Below the pieces are notes generated by a model. That model ran no database searches, was not told where the DNA came from, and saw only the letters and a program-made list of their open reading frames with translations. Below are positions 15,401 to 24,200 of a stretch of DNA of 38,655 bases, one piece after another (the first letter of the stretch is position 1; each line of letters opens with the position of its first letter). A program made the position numbers and the translations under genes. This stretch comes from a virus, in IMG/VR virus record IMGVR_UViG_3300011145_000002, positions 1 to 38,655 of that record. One strand, written 5' to 3'.

Positions 15401-17492
15401 CTGAAATCGCAGTGACGCGAGCTTCATAATTACCTGCATAAATGCCTGACACTTCAGCTGAGTTATTTCCCGTGATTGGCAATTTAATCCAGGTGCCATC
15501 ATCTTTACGCCATTCCACCTGGTACTTGGTTGCACCTTGCGCTTGAGGCCATGAGATAACCATGGTTTCAACAGATAGGCCTTGCTGTACCATAGTTTCA
15601 GAGGTAATTGATACAGACTCTACGGGTGCCTGAATTGTTGGATTGATAATAGAAATCGGACGCTCATCGATGAAAGCTCCGAAATCAATAGCATCATATT
15701 TCGCTGACTCATATTGCAAGCCAGTGATTGAAAACTGATGCTTTTCATCTTGAGTAATACTCATGACGCGAAACTTCATGGTTTTTAAATCTTGCGCATC
15801 AACGACCCAGACATTTTCCGCTGCAACAGAGTCAAACGCCACTGTGACTGTGACTTTGCGCCCAATTTTTGACGACACAATACGCGCTTGCGCTTTACCA
15901 TCTTCACCATTTACAACCAGTCGATCACCTGCACGGCATACCACATCATCACGATCCAGAGTAATGACTTTGCGATCAGCGCTGACAGCAGAAATACGAC
16001 CGCCATTGGCACGACCTGCAAATAACTCGTCTGCAATTTCAATTACACGGCCCGGCTGTGGAATATAGCCATCAAGACCGACCTTAAAAGATACGGTTCG
16101 GGTTTCTAATTGCTCAGATTTTAATGCCCAAAGACCCGCTCGTTGTGCTTGGCCTTCCGATGTGCAGCCCCATGCATCAATCTCGGCAATGCGTACACCG
16201 AGCTTTGCAATAGCTGCTTCATCACGCACATAGACATACTCTGTCTTATAGTGATTTGCAGGATTATCCCAAGCCACTTTAGCAACAGTGTGTCGATCAC
16301 GCGCACGTGTGCCCGAATATTCAAACATGCCATCAATGACATTGGCGCGTGTGTAGGTGAAATAAGTGTCCTGTGGAATATCAGCATCACAGACAATTGA
16401 ATTGCCATCCCAATAACTGATTGCACGGAATACACCAGCCAATTTACTCAAAATGGTATAAGCATCTTCGGTAGATTGCAGGTAGACGTTACAAGTAAAA
16501 CGCGGCTCCTGACCGCCTTTGCCATCATTCACCATTTGGTCGCAATACTGTGCAAGGCGGTACAAAGACCACTTATCCAACATTGCAGACGTTAATCGAT
16601 CACCCAGAGCATAGCGCTTTGCGGTGCAGATATCGTAATAAATCCACGCGGGGTTATTAGTATAAGCGCGTTTAAAAGTGCCATCCCACATGCCTGTATA
16701 AGTACGCGCAACAGGATCGTAGTTTGATGGAACCTGAAGCTTAATCCCTTTTAAATCAACTGCGACTTTTGCGACATTAGAAAAAGTTTCAGCATCATAT
16801 TGCAGACCAAGCAAAGCGGTATTCGGGTAGCTGAGCTTTAGATCAATCACTTCAGTCAATGCATCAACATACATCTTATCGCTGATATATTCTGATGTTG
16901 AGTTCGGCGTGATTCTGCGGACACGGATCGTCCAGCCGGTATCGGCCTTTGGTAAATCAATCCGGTGTGAACGCTCATAGTTTGCGGAAGTTTTATCAGC
17001 GATCTGAGTATTTAAAACCTCAGTCCATGTGCCTCCATCAGTTTGCAGATCGATTGCATACTGAATAACGATACCTTTCACATCGCCATTTTCAGCATTC
17101 TGCTGACGCAATGGCCCCCACTTGAAGCGTAAACGGATTGCATCCAGATCAGTATTGGTAATTGAGCGAACCCAAGGTGAATCAGACTTCAGCTCAACAT
17201 TGATTGCTGTTTCGGAAGAAATATCTGGAAAGCCTTCGATATGTGCCTGGTCATTGGTGCCGTGACGAAAATCAGCCTGTACATCTTCAAAGTTCCAGCC
17301 ACCTGCCGGATTTTGTAGCGGGGTTTCTTCCAGGTAAACCGATTGCAGACCATTGGCTAGACCCTCGACCTCACCTTCAGATAAACCATATAGAATTTTA
17401 ATATAGGTCTTAGATTGGGCTGAATCTGGTGCAATCACCGCTTTTCTTGCTTTGCCTTGCCCTGCTTTTGCGCCTTTAATTACTGCGTTCAT
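12471..17492 (-). CDS. Central tail fibre / host specificity protein (lambda J-like N-terminal part fused to a long coiled-coil shaft and a C-terminal receptor-binding region), 1673 aa
   Basis: The N-terminus APDSAQSKTYIKILYGLSEGEVEGL...LEETPL is J-like, and an FN3-like segment is present (YQVEWRKDDGTWIKL). It follows the I homologue. The RBS is AAGGAAAAGT. Confidence 0.85.
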   Translation of the reverse strand: MNAVIKGAKAGQGKARKAVIAPDSAQSKTYIKILYGLSEGEVEGLANGLQSVYLEETPLQNPAGGWNFEDVQADFRHGTNDQAHIEGFPDISSETAINVELKSDSPWVRSITNTDLDAIRLRFKWGPLRQQNAENGDVKGIVIQYAIDLQTDGGTWTEVLNTQIADKTSANYERSHRIDLPKADTGWTIRVRRITPNSTSEYISDKMYVDALTEVIDLKLSYPNTALLGLQYDAETFSNVAKVAVDLKGIKLQVPSNYDPVARTYTGMWDGTFKRAYTNNPAWIYYDICTAKRYALGDRLTSAMLDKWSLYRLAQYCDQMVNDGKGGQEPRFTCNVYLQSTEDAYTILSKLAGVFRAISYWDGNSIVCDADIPQDTYFTYTRANVIDGMFEYSGTRARDRHTVAKVAWDNPANHYKTEYVYVRDEAAIAKLGVRIAEIDAWGCTSEGQAQRAGLWALKSEQLETRTVSFKVGLDGYIPQPGRVIEIADELFAGRANGGRISAVSADRKVITLDRDDVVCRAGDRLVVNGEDGKAQARIVSSKIGRKVTVTVAFDSVAAENVWVVDAQDLKTMKFRVMSITQDEKHQFSITGLQYESAKYDAIDFGAFIDERPISIINPTIQAPVESVSITSETMVQQGLSVETMVISWPQAQGATKYQVEWRKDDGTWIKLPITGNNSAEVSGIYAGNYEARVTAISAFDVASLPTYSMLTTLSGKQGLPPALANITATGILFGYRLNWSFPAVGALDTAHTEIQIATTSNGANAAPLGLFAYPTTTHDIQGMQPNLTRYFRGRLIDRIGNIGPWSNWVSATTSADASAVLDILLGKITESQLHQNLQTKIDKIDTIAGLDGDVGNLIENISAVQTQADQISDELALERQQRVTAIQDLDDGLTQEVLDRKNGETAIYDYVNTYKLSNNNALASFQDSLDVALTDSSLAIERTQALDGRVKAAEDKAGNALFNSASALQKAEIAVDDTSALSSLVTEVKAVAEQSADTADIAAAGAASALEKATASASKSDANADKIEEITAELGTKASTGALTQTNASIAEVDDKVKANTTRLDGVYAQVYPELIGSTESFIGSTGLAGTWTLQSAVIENDMALSQRIDTTVAEISNAKALVQTEAYARAQEDEALSSRINTLKVDVEGNRAAIVTLETARATDNESFAGRFDTLQASTKTAKDTADEALDKADTATENIATIELEQGVFTDKLDAIGGEIKTIQGYVDGQQTSIDVVSAVGDLNKLKNEIAKARLDEDITKLQGQAAALTSAVNSYDARIAEITSKRTQEAAKPDKNQELIDLYTSQIAELNAAKIDANAQKAAISSQVAQITADKAKLNSLVLTESKIKAQHTIKLDSGGVISSYGLAIEESGGTNYSNFVIRANSFALAGPASAGSTPYYPFIFRNTPFTDPVTNTVFPVSAYLKSAMMDYQSVKTSHIEDLAVKTAKIDNAAITTAKIGDLQVDTLKIKDNAVTVPVGVRYNTLIISTDAVRNAMNDYAGAQGWRDPNTGAWQFPTNLQGAITVWEAATPALFNITVPRAGGKCRIDLSLSTSIDRGVWGGTYVGIGPGNQPESVLKDIRMLISLYRGGTLIGRTSMPPTTFSGSTVGFIGNVSLMALDDAPMAGNAVYTGKISFGYIGSISNSITVTPFAGTLSIEQMTVSALEIKK

Positions 17493-17508
17493 ACTTTTCC
17501 TTAGACAA

Positions 17509-17540
17509 TAAAAAAGGCGCTATATGCGCCTGTGTTTTTT
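17509..17540. terminator. Bidirectional intrinsic terminator between the I and J genes
   Basis: aggcgc-tatat-gcgcct, flanked by an A run and a T run. Confidence 0.7.
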
Positions 17541-17546
17541 AAATAT

Positions 17547-18128
17547 TTACATTAAATCTTCTGGATATTGTCCAGCACTTGCGATAAATCCGCCAACCTC
17601 ACGCTGGCCATAAAGCACTGGCACTGGATTGCCTTGCGCTACCGTGGTGACTGCACCGCCAAAGCCTTTGTTAGCCTTGTTTCCGTCTTGGTTTTGGTCT
17701 TGGTTATCAATTTTTGGCATCAGCATCATCGCAATACCACCGACCATCATGCCGGCACCAGCACCGATCAGGCCTGCACCCAATGCTGCACCCCCACCAA
17801 GCGTCCCCACTGTCACAAGTACACCCACCACCACGAGCACAGCACCGAGAATTGTCTGAACTGCGCCACCCGCACCCTTCACTTTAGGTACAACCTTAAT
17901 CACTTTAGCGCTGGTACTCATGTCGAGTTCAGTTTCTGAGATATTTTGCTTATCCTGAAAAACTGCGAACTCTAAGCCTTGCTCATGTGCATGTAGCATG
18001 AAGTGTTCAAAGCCCGGCACCTGCACGCATAAAGCACGCATTGCTTCACGGGTATTTTCCACATCAAGCCGAAATTCTTTACCGAACTTCTTGGCTAGAA
18101 TGCCGTACAACTTAATTGTTTTGAGCAT
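17547..18128 (-). CDS. Tail assembly protein, lambda I-like
   Basis: MLKTIKLYGILAKKFGKEFRLDVENTREAMRALCVQVPGF matches the lambda I family pattern, and a Gly/Ala-rich hydrophobic C-terminal half is present. The start was trimmed to the ATG at 18128. Confidence 0.75.
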   Translation of the reverse strand: MLKTIKLYGILAKKFGKEFRLDVENTREAMRALCVQVPGFEHFMLHAHEQGLEFAVFQDKQNISETELDMSTSAKVIKVVPKVKGAGGAVQTILGAVLVVVGVLVTVGTLGGGAALGAGLIGAGAGMMVGGIAMMLMPKIDNQDQNQDGNKANKGFGGAVTTVAQGNPVPVLYGQREVGGFIASAGQYPEDLM

Positions 18129-18861
18129 ATCGAACCACCTTTGCAACTCGTTCCTGCCACTGTGGACCAAAGATTTCTCGTACTGATTTACGGCCATACG
18201 GATGATGCAAAATAAGTGCTGACCCAATGCATGGCTCGGTTTGCTCAGATTTCAGCATGCCATTGTCACCCAACCAAATTACCGCATGATTCACATGCTC
18301 AGTACGCCCGACACGGCACAGCAGTACATCACCATATTCAGGCTGATCTACTTCAACAAAGCCTTCTTTCTCAAAGTTATCAAGATAAAGCGAAGGGCTG
18401 TCCTTAGACTCCCACCATAAATCTTGACGCTCATAGTCTGGAATATAAATATCCAACTCGCGCTGATAAAAATCACGGACAATGGCATAACAGTCTTGAA
18501 TACCATGAATATAGTTGCGACCAACAAGCGGTGCTTTATATCCGCGCGGTTCATACACCTGAAATTCAATATCTGGATAAGCGCAAATCACCCAAGGCTT
18601 TTCATGCAGTTCAATTTGAATTAAATCAATCTCAGAGGCGCGAGCGGATGCATTCGGATGTGAATGTACATAGGCCTGAATTTCACCCAGATCTTCAGCT
18701 TTGGCTAAATCCTCGTGATGAATTTCAAACTGATCTTTATTGTCTGAGATATTGCGGCATGGGATGTATTCTTTATTCACAATCACGCCACAGCATTCAT
18801 CTGGATAAGCCTTAGCAGCATGCGCCTGAATTGCTTTTTTAAGTTTTGCGGTTAGTTTCAT
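18112..18861 (-). CDS. Tail tip assembly protein, lambda K-like (JAB/MPN plus NlpC/P60 domains)
   Basis: PDECCGVI and HSHP are JAMM-type motifs, and a downstream GIQDCYAIVRDFY is an NlpC/P60-type Cys motif. The start was trimmed to the ATG at 18861, which follows AGGTGG. Confidence 0.8.
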   Translation of the reverse strand: MKLTAKLKKAIQAHAAKAYPDECCGVIVNKEYIPCRNISDNKDQFEIHHEDLAKAEDLGEIQAYVHSHPNASARASEIDLIQIELHEKPWVICAYPDIEFQVYEPRGYKAPLVGRNYIHGIQDCYAIVRDFYQRELDIYIPDYERQDLWWESKDSPSLYLDNFEKEGFVEVDQPEYGDVLLCRVGRTEHVNHAVIWLGDNGMLKSEQTEPCIGSALILHHPYGRKSVREIFGPQWQERVAKVVRYAQNN

Positions 18862-18868
18862 ATACCAC

Positions 18869-19663
18869 CTAAAATAATGAACTTGCAGGGAAAGCACCAA
18901 TGCGTAGGACATTGCCTTTGCCGAAATGACATTCACAACCCCTTGTTCTCTTTGAGCATTTATCCAGAGCGGGGTTATCAGTAGGCTCATCCCTGTCCGT
19001 AAACATGGCTGCGCCTGTATAGCCGCATTGTTCGCTACGATATTCCCATGCGCAATAACTGGAAATCTGCCGGACTGGTATTTTCAGACCTTCAAAATCA
19101 ATTGGGTTTGAAAGCTCAAAAGTAACGGCTTGAGCATTTTCAGAGGTCTTTTGCTCGATGTACCAAAGCTGCTCTTTGGCTTCATTTGATGCAGTCGAAT
19201 TGCCAGTGCTAAAGTTTTCAGCGTCCAGATATTTAGCCAGTGTGGTAATGACTTTAAGCTTTGCTCCTGCAAAGTCACCAAACTGCAAGCAGTAAGCCGA
19301 TACAGCGCCTTGAATACCGCCAATATTGTTTGCCATGCTGAATGTTGGTGCAGATGCTTTACCATCGGATCGCATCTCCAAACCTGATACTTCAAGCGCC
19401 ATCGGCTCAAAAGTCTCACCTTGCCAGATGATGTTCTTGAACCATGCTTTCTGGTCACTATTCTGGAATGCTTCACCAATAAGTTTACTGGTATCGCCCA
19501 TTAACTCATTAGAGCCAATTGAACTGTAAATACGCTCCCAGTCTTCATAAGAGATATGGCCATGAAAACGCAAAATGCCCGCACCTAAAGCACGAGCATC
19601 TAATTCAAATAGTGTGATCAGTCCATCTACATAGAGTTTCTGAAAATCACTGTTCAGGGTCAT
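18869..19663 (-). CDS. Minor tail protein, lambda L-like
   Basis: LITLFELD N-terminal motif and a C-terminal Cys cluster (CAWEY..C..., CSKRTRGCECHF), as in the Fe-S-binding gpL. Confidence 0.8.
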   Translation of the reverse strand: MTLNSDFQKLYVDGLITLFELDARALGAGILRFHGHISYEDWERIYSSIGSNELMGDTSKLIGEAFQNSDQKAWFKNIIWQGETFEPMALEVSGLEMRSDGKASAPTFSMANNIGGIQGAVSAYCLQFGDFAGAKLKVITTLAKYLDAENFSTGNSTASNEAKEQLWYIEQKTSENAQAVTFELSNPIDFEGLKIPVRQISSYCAWEYRSEQCGYTGAAMFTDRDEPTDNPALDKCSKRTRGCECHFGKGNVLRIGAFPASSLF

Positions 19664-20501
19664 CTGTCACCTCAATTTCAGGCTGTGGTAACTCTTGTAA
19701 GCGCAAGTCAATCCATCGTGTTTCAGGGATGTCTAAAGGTGTTTCAGTATCAGCTACAATGCGTCCTTTTTTATTGAGCATATAATCATACGTCTTAACA
19801 CTAATGTCGCCATTTTCAAGTTGCTCATAGACCACTGCGACAAGCAGATTACCGTTTGCGTCTTTAGGTGTTTCAACGTACCAACCCTCCTGCGCAAAAC
19901 CGCTCGATCCTTTAATGAGATAGTTGCCAACATCTAGCTTTTCAAAAGAAATATTCTGCTGCCCAGCTTCATCATTCAGCTCAACTTTGTCTGCAAATAG
20001 CTTAACAATCGGTGAAGCGTTTTTAATAAAACCATTTCCGTCAACCGTTGTGTTTGTTGTTGTTCTTGCAATTGACCATTGAATCTGATTGGTTGGCGAC
20101 GATCTTCTCCCGAAATAGACATCATTATTAGCCACTTCATGCATTAAGTATACTTGCCACTCGTCTGCGCCATTAAGTTGATAGCCCAGAGCATACGCCC
20201 CCGGATAGCCAGGGGTATTTGGCTGCGCTGCTACAAAGCAGTTTCTTCTATAGGTCTCAAAACCTCCTGTTGCTGCAGAGTTGTTGCCACCAAAACCGAA
20301 ATCACCGACACCAATCACGTTACCAGGCGACTCACCAGTGTTTTTAAAAGCAGCAGTACCCAGTTTATTTAAGTTTGTACCATCGCCAAGATAGTTATAA
20401 ATCTCATCATCATTTGCCTGAAGTTTTGCCGAACCTGAACGGAACGTATCACCGCCTGCGCCTGTAGGTGCTGTTCCCGGATTAATTGTTTGCTTAGCCA
20501 T
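19647..20501 (-). CDS. Fibre-like protein inserted between the M and L homologues (284 aa)
   Basis: The N-terminus MAKQTINPGTAPTGAGGDTFRSGSAKLQANDDEIY is the motif common at tail-fibre N-termini. The protein is Gly/Asn-rich. Confidence 0.55.
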   Translation of the reverse strand: MAKQTINPGTAPTGAGGDTFRSGSAKLQANDDEIYNYLGDGTNLNKLGTAAFKNTGESPGNVIGVGDFGFGGNNSAATGGFETYRRNCFVAAQPNTPGYPGAYALGYQLNGADEWQVYLMHEVANNDVYFGRRSSPTNQIQWSIARTTTNTTVDGNGFIKNASPIVKLFADKVELNDEAGQQNISFEKLDVGNYLIKGSSGFAQEGWYVETPKDANGNLLVAVVYEQLENGDISVKTYDYMLNKKGRIVADTETPLDIPETRWIDLRLQELPQPEIEVTDDPEQ

Positions 20502-20514
20502 AATTTACGCCCAC

Positions 20515-20536
20515 AAAAAAGCCCTCGATTGAGGGC
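20515..20536 (-). terminator. Intrinsic terminator after the M homologue
   Basis: gccctc-gatt-gagggc with a 6-nt U run on the minus strand. Confidence 0.75.
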
Positions 20537-20552
20537 ATAAAATTGATTGAAT

Positions 20553-20894
20553 TTAAGGTTTAAAGTCCTGGGTGAAGGTGGTGGAGATGGACCACATACC
20601 ACCACCCAAACTGATCGGCATATAATCCCCTGCGACTACACGAACTTCACCATCTAAAGGCGAATCCCAAAGGAATGAATCAGCGCCTTTATGTGCATCA
20701 AAAAAGGCCTTGATCTCTTGTATCAAAGCCTTCTTGCCAGTCTTTTTATACGCCCAAGTAGATGACCTATTATTAATCCCGACGCTCGTTCGCTGTGTAT
20801 ATCCATCACCAAAACTGGATTGAAGGACTTTAAAGCTTGAAGTTTGGGAGTTTCCATCTAGGTCATTGCACCAGGTGAATTTTTGATTGCTCAT
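20553..20894 (-). CDS. Minor tail protein, lambda M-like
   Basis: FKVLQSSFGDGYTQRTSVGINNRSSTW matches the gpM family (FGDGY.QR...G.N). Confidence 0.8.
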   Translation of the reverse strand: MSNQKFTWCNDLDGNSQTSSFKVLQSSFGDGYTQRTSVGINNRSSTWAYKKTGKKALIQEIKAFFDAHKGADSFLWDSPLDGEVRVVAGDYMPISLGGGMWSISTTFTQDFKP

Positions 20895-20908
20895 GAATTT
20901 TTTCCAAT

Positions 20909-20930
20909 AAAAAACCTCCCGAAGGAGGTT
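20909..20930 (-). terminator. Intrinsic terminator (UUCG tetraloop) after the 88-aa insert gene
   Basis: aacctcc-cgaa-ggaggtt with a 6-nt U run on the minus strand. Confidence 0.75.
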
Positions 20931-20945
20931 ATTAAATAAGATTGG

Positions 20946-21212
20946 TTATTCAGGCTTTTGAAAATCATTGATATGAAGATCAAACGTAGTCTTAATCATA
21001 TCGATTTTAGCTTCATCATCTAATTCAACACCATTACTTAAAAAATCTCTCGTTTCCTTTACATACTCAAGATATTCATCGCGATTGATAATATTCTTGC
21101 TGGCTAAAAAATTAACAAGATTACCAACCAGTAGGCGTGTTGCAGAATCACCATCGAGTGACACTTTAATCAACTCAGACCCAATAACCTCAATTTCTTT
21201 ATCTAATGACAT
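20946..21212 (-). CDS. Hypothetical acidic 88-aa protein, an AT-rich insert between the tape measure and M genes
   Basis: The ATG at 21212 follows GAGGA, one nt after the tape-measure stop. The DNA is very AT-rich. Confidence 0.6.
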   Translation of the reverse strand: MSLDKEIEVIGSELIKVSLDGDSATRLLVGNLVNFLASKNIINRDEYLEYVKETRDFLSNGVELDDEAKIDMIKTTFDLHINDFQKPE

Positions 21213-21213
21213 T

Positions 21214-24200
21214 TTATCCTCTGCTAATTGCTTTCTTAATCGCGCCACCCTGTCTTAACTCTCTGTTAATAACAGAAACAACAGCTGTTTCGATCATGCT
21301 TCCGAATTGCTTCATATCACCTTGATTATCAGTTTTGGTGGAGCCATCAGACTGTATCACAATTGTTTGCGTGAAATTTATACCACCACTATTCTGATTA
21401 GCCAAATAGTTCTTCAAATCAGCATTGGTTCTACTATCAACAACACGTTCACCTTTATCCAAAAGCCATGTACCTTCTTTCGGGATATTGTCGATACCGT
21501 CGTGGGCCATGCCGGCAATGGTTTGGCCGGCGATTAGGCCGACGTTAGCGTAGCCCATTGCTAGCATTGCTTTAGAAGCTGCAATTTTGGCACCAAAGAA
21601 AGGGATTGTTGCATCAGCGGCCACCTGTGTGGCGGCTAAATGTGTGCTTACCAAAGCCGAACCAATGGCAAACATTTGCTGCATTAAGAACATGGCCTTA
21701 TAAGCACCTGATTGCTCTCCCGCACTGTCCTTAACCGCCTGAGTCATCTGCGACCAAGTATTTTGTGCTTGGCCTAAAAGATTACCCCATAAACTCAACT
21801 GACTTTCGTACTGAGTTTTTGCTAGATCTTGCTCCTGTTTGCTGTACGCCTCAGATAGTGCAGCCTTATTTTGCAGATAAACTTCATAAGCCTGTTCGAG
21901 CTGTTGATACTTTTCAGTATCGGTAGTGTATTCATCATTCTGAATACCCTCCCGCGCAGAATAAAGGTTGTCTGCAAGTTGAGAATAACCATCTTGCTGC
22001 TCATTACCCAGCTGCCATCTTTGATACTCCTCTGGTTTCATGGACGCCCTAGCGCTGGCTTCCACCCCCATCTGAACCATGGCACCCAAAGGCCCATTCA
22101 TCATGGAAAAAGCATTTTGACGAGCTAGAATAATTTGCTGATTTGCCTCATTCTCAGCTTTTACACGATCATCCTGAGCCTTAATCCAATTAGCCACATC
22201 ATCTTCATAGGCCTTCTGTTGAAGTCCTAAAAGACGGTCGCGCTCTGTTGGATCAGTAGCAAAAGCCTTTTCGATCTCCTTGATTCTTTCTTGGTTATCG
22301 TATTCAAGATTTTGCCATTCGTTGTAGTAACTGACTTGAATGGCTTTTCTGGTTTCGGTCAACTCCTTTTCGAGTTTTTCCTGCTCAGCAATGGTCTGCT
22401 CGAATTCCTTCAACCAGTCATCAAAAGAATAATCTTCTGTGAATGAAACACCGCTTGAGCCACCTAAATAACCCTTGATGTTTTTCACATATTGGCGATT
22501 TACTGGGCCAATATTCGTACCACGCTGAACATTGCCCTCACCAGCATGGTAGGCGCTCACAGCCTTATCGAGATCCCCTTTGAATAAATCAAGAAGATAG
22601 GCCATGTACTTGCCAGCACCCTCGGCTGATTGCGCTAAATTATAGCGATCCTTCACGCCATACTGCTTTGCTGTGCCTTCAAGAAACTGGAATCCGCCGG
22701 CAGCACCAGAGCTTTTATTGTAAGCATTTGGGTTTCCTCTAGATTCCTGCATATGAATAGCAGATAACAACCCAGAAGGAAGTTTGTTTTTAGCTTCAAT
22801 TGCAGCAAAGTTATACTTGGCCGCATTGGCTGCAACTTTGGCATTCACCTTCATAGCATTGCCAGTAGCTTCAAGTAATTTTTTGCTCTTTTCCTCCGCC
22901 TTGTTGCGCTCATCGACAGCATTTTTAGAACGCATGATGGCTTGATATTCTTCGCGAAGCTTGGCCTTCAATTCATCCTTTAAAACCTTTTGACCTTTCG
23001 CATTGGTAACAATCGCACCCTCAACATTAAGGTACTTTTTAGCCAGCTCGATCATGGTGTCGTTATAGCCGCGACTTGCTAGAGCAGAAGTAATTGCTGA
23101 GTCTTTGATTGTTTGGTTTGCTTCACTAAGAAGTTTTCTAATCTCTGCGCTGAGATTTGCAGTTTCAATAGCGGTCTGCTTAGCCTGATCCCCCACACCC
23201 TTGACAGCTGGGGCCATCTGATCCACAAAAGATTTTTGGTTTTTAAATTCATTACCAGCATCTTTTACAGACCCACCTAAAGTATTGAATCGATCCTTAG
23301 AAGTCTGGCTAATAAAGTTTAATGCGTTAATTTTTCCTGAGAATTGATCAATATCACCGGTTTTCTTATATTCAGAAATTAAGGCATTCACCTGCTTTGA
23401 TTGCTCAGATGTCATGTCATTGTGACGACTGAATGAGTAGGTGGCGGTGATTAGTTTTGAATTAACTTCATCGTATTCCTTGGCTAGATCCTGAAGAGTA
23501 TTCTTTTCAGAAACAAGCTGCGCACGACGTTTGACCTCATCAAGCTCCTTATATTTCTTGATTGCATCGTCAACAGACTCATTATTTTCTCTTAATGATT
23601 TAGTGGACTCATCAGCACCATCTCTCATCATTAAGTAGCCAGCCGCTACAGAAGCCACAGTAATGCCTAGCCCCACCCATCCGCCTGTCAATCCAAGCAA
23701 GAGCGCCTTAGCTGCTGCAAGTCGGCTTGTGGCTACAGTTGCTGCACCTGTAGCTGCCGTATAGGCAGTTGTTGCCATAGAAGCTTGTTTTTCAGAAATA
23801 GCTAAAGCAATGTTTGCTGCTGTTAATCGCTGTGTTGCTGCCGCGCGAGCTGCTGCTGTAGTGGCATTATTAAAGTCTGCACGAGCTAGATTCACCTCGG
23901 TTAAAGCTAAGGCCACGTTTTGGCGCGCTCTTTGCGCCTGAACGCCAAGTAGTTTTACGCTTTCAGCCTGCTCAGCTACTAAAGCCTGCTTTTGCTCTAT
24001 GCTTGCAGCAACTGTTTTTTGAATACTACTAATCATGCTGGATGCATATCTTCCAGCAAATATAGCGCCTACCACCAAAGCTATATCGCCAACCGTATCT
24101 AGGTTATCCCCTAGGGTTTCCAGTGACTCACTAGCTCCATCAACACCGGCTTTAATCGCATCACCAATTCCTGATTGTGATACTTTTAGAAATAATCCAT

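Noticed and set aside
17568-17939. Plus-strand ORFs opposite the I-like gene
   Set aside because: They arise from the Gly/Ala-rich hydrophobic coding repeat on the other strand.
18129-18227. The extended N-termini of the I-like ORF (to 18227) and the K-like ORF (to 18990)
   Set aside because: The extensions overlap the upstream genes extensively and lack RBSs. The family-typical N-termini begin at the internal ATGs (18128 and 18861).
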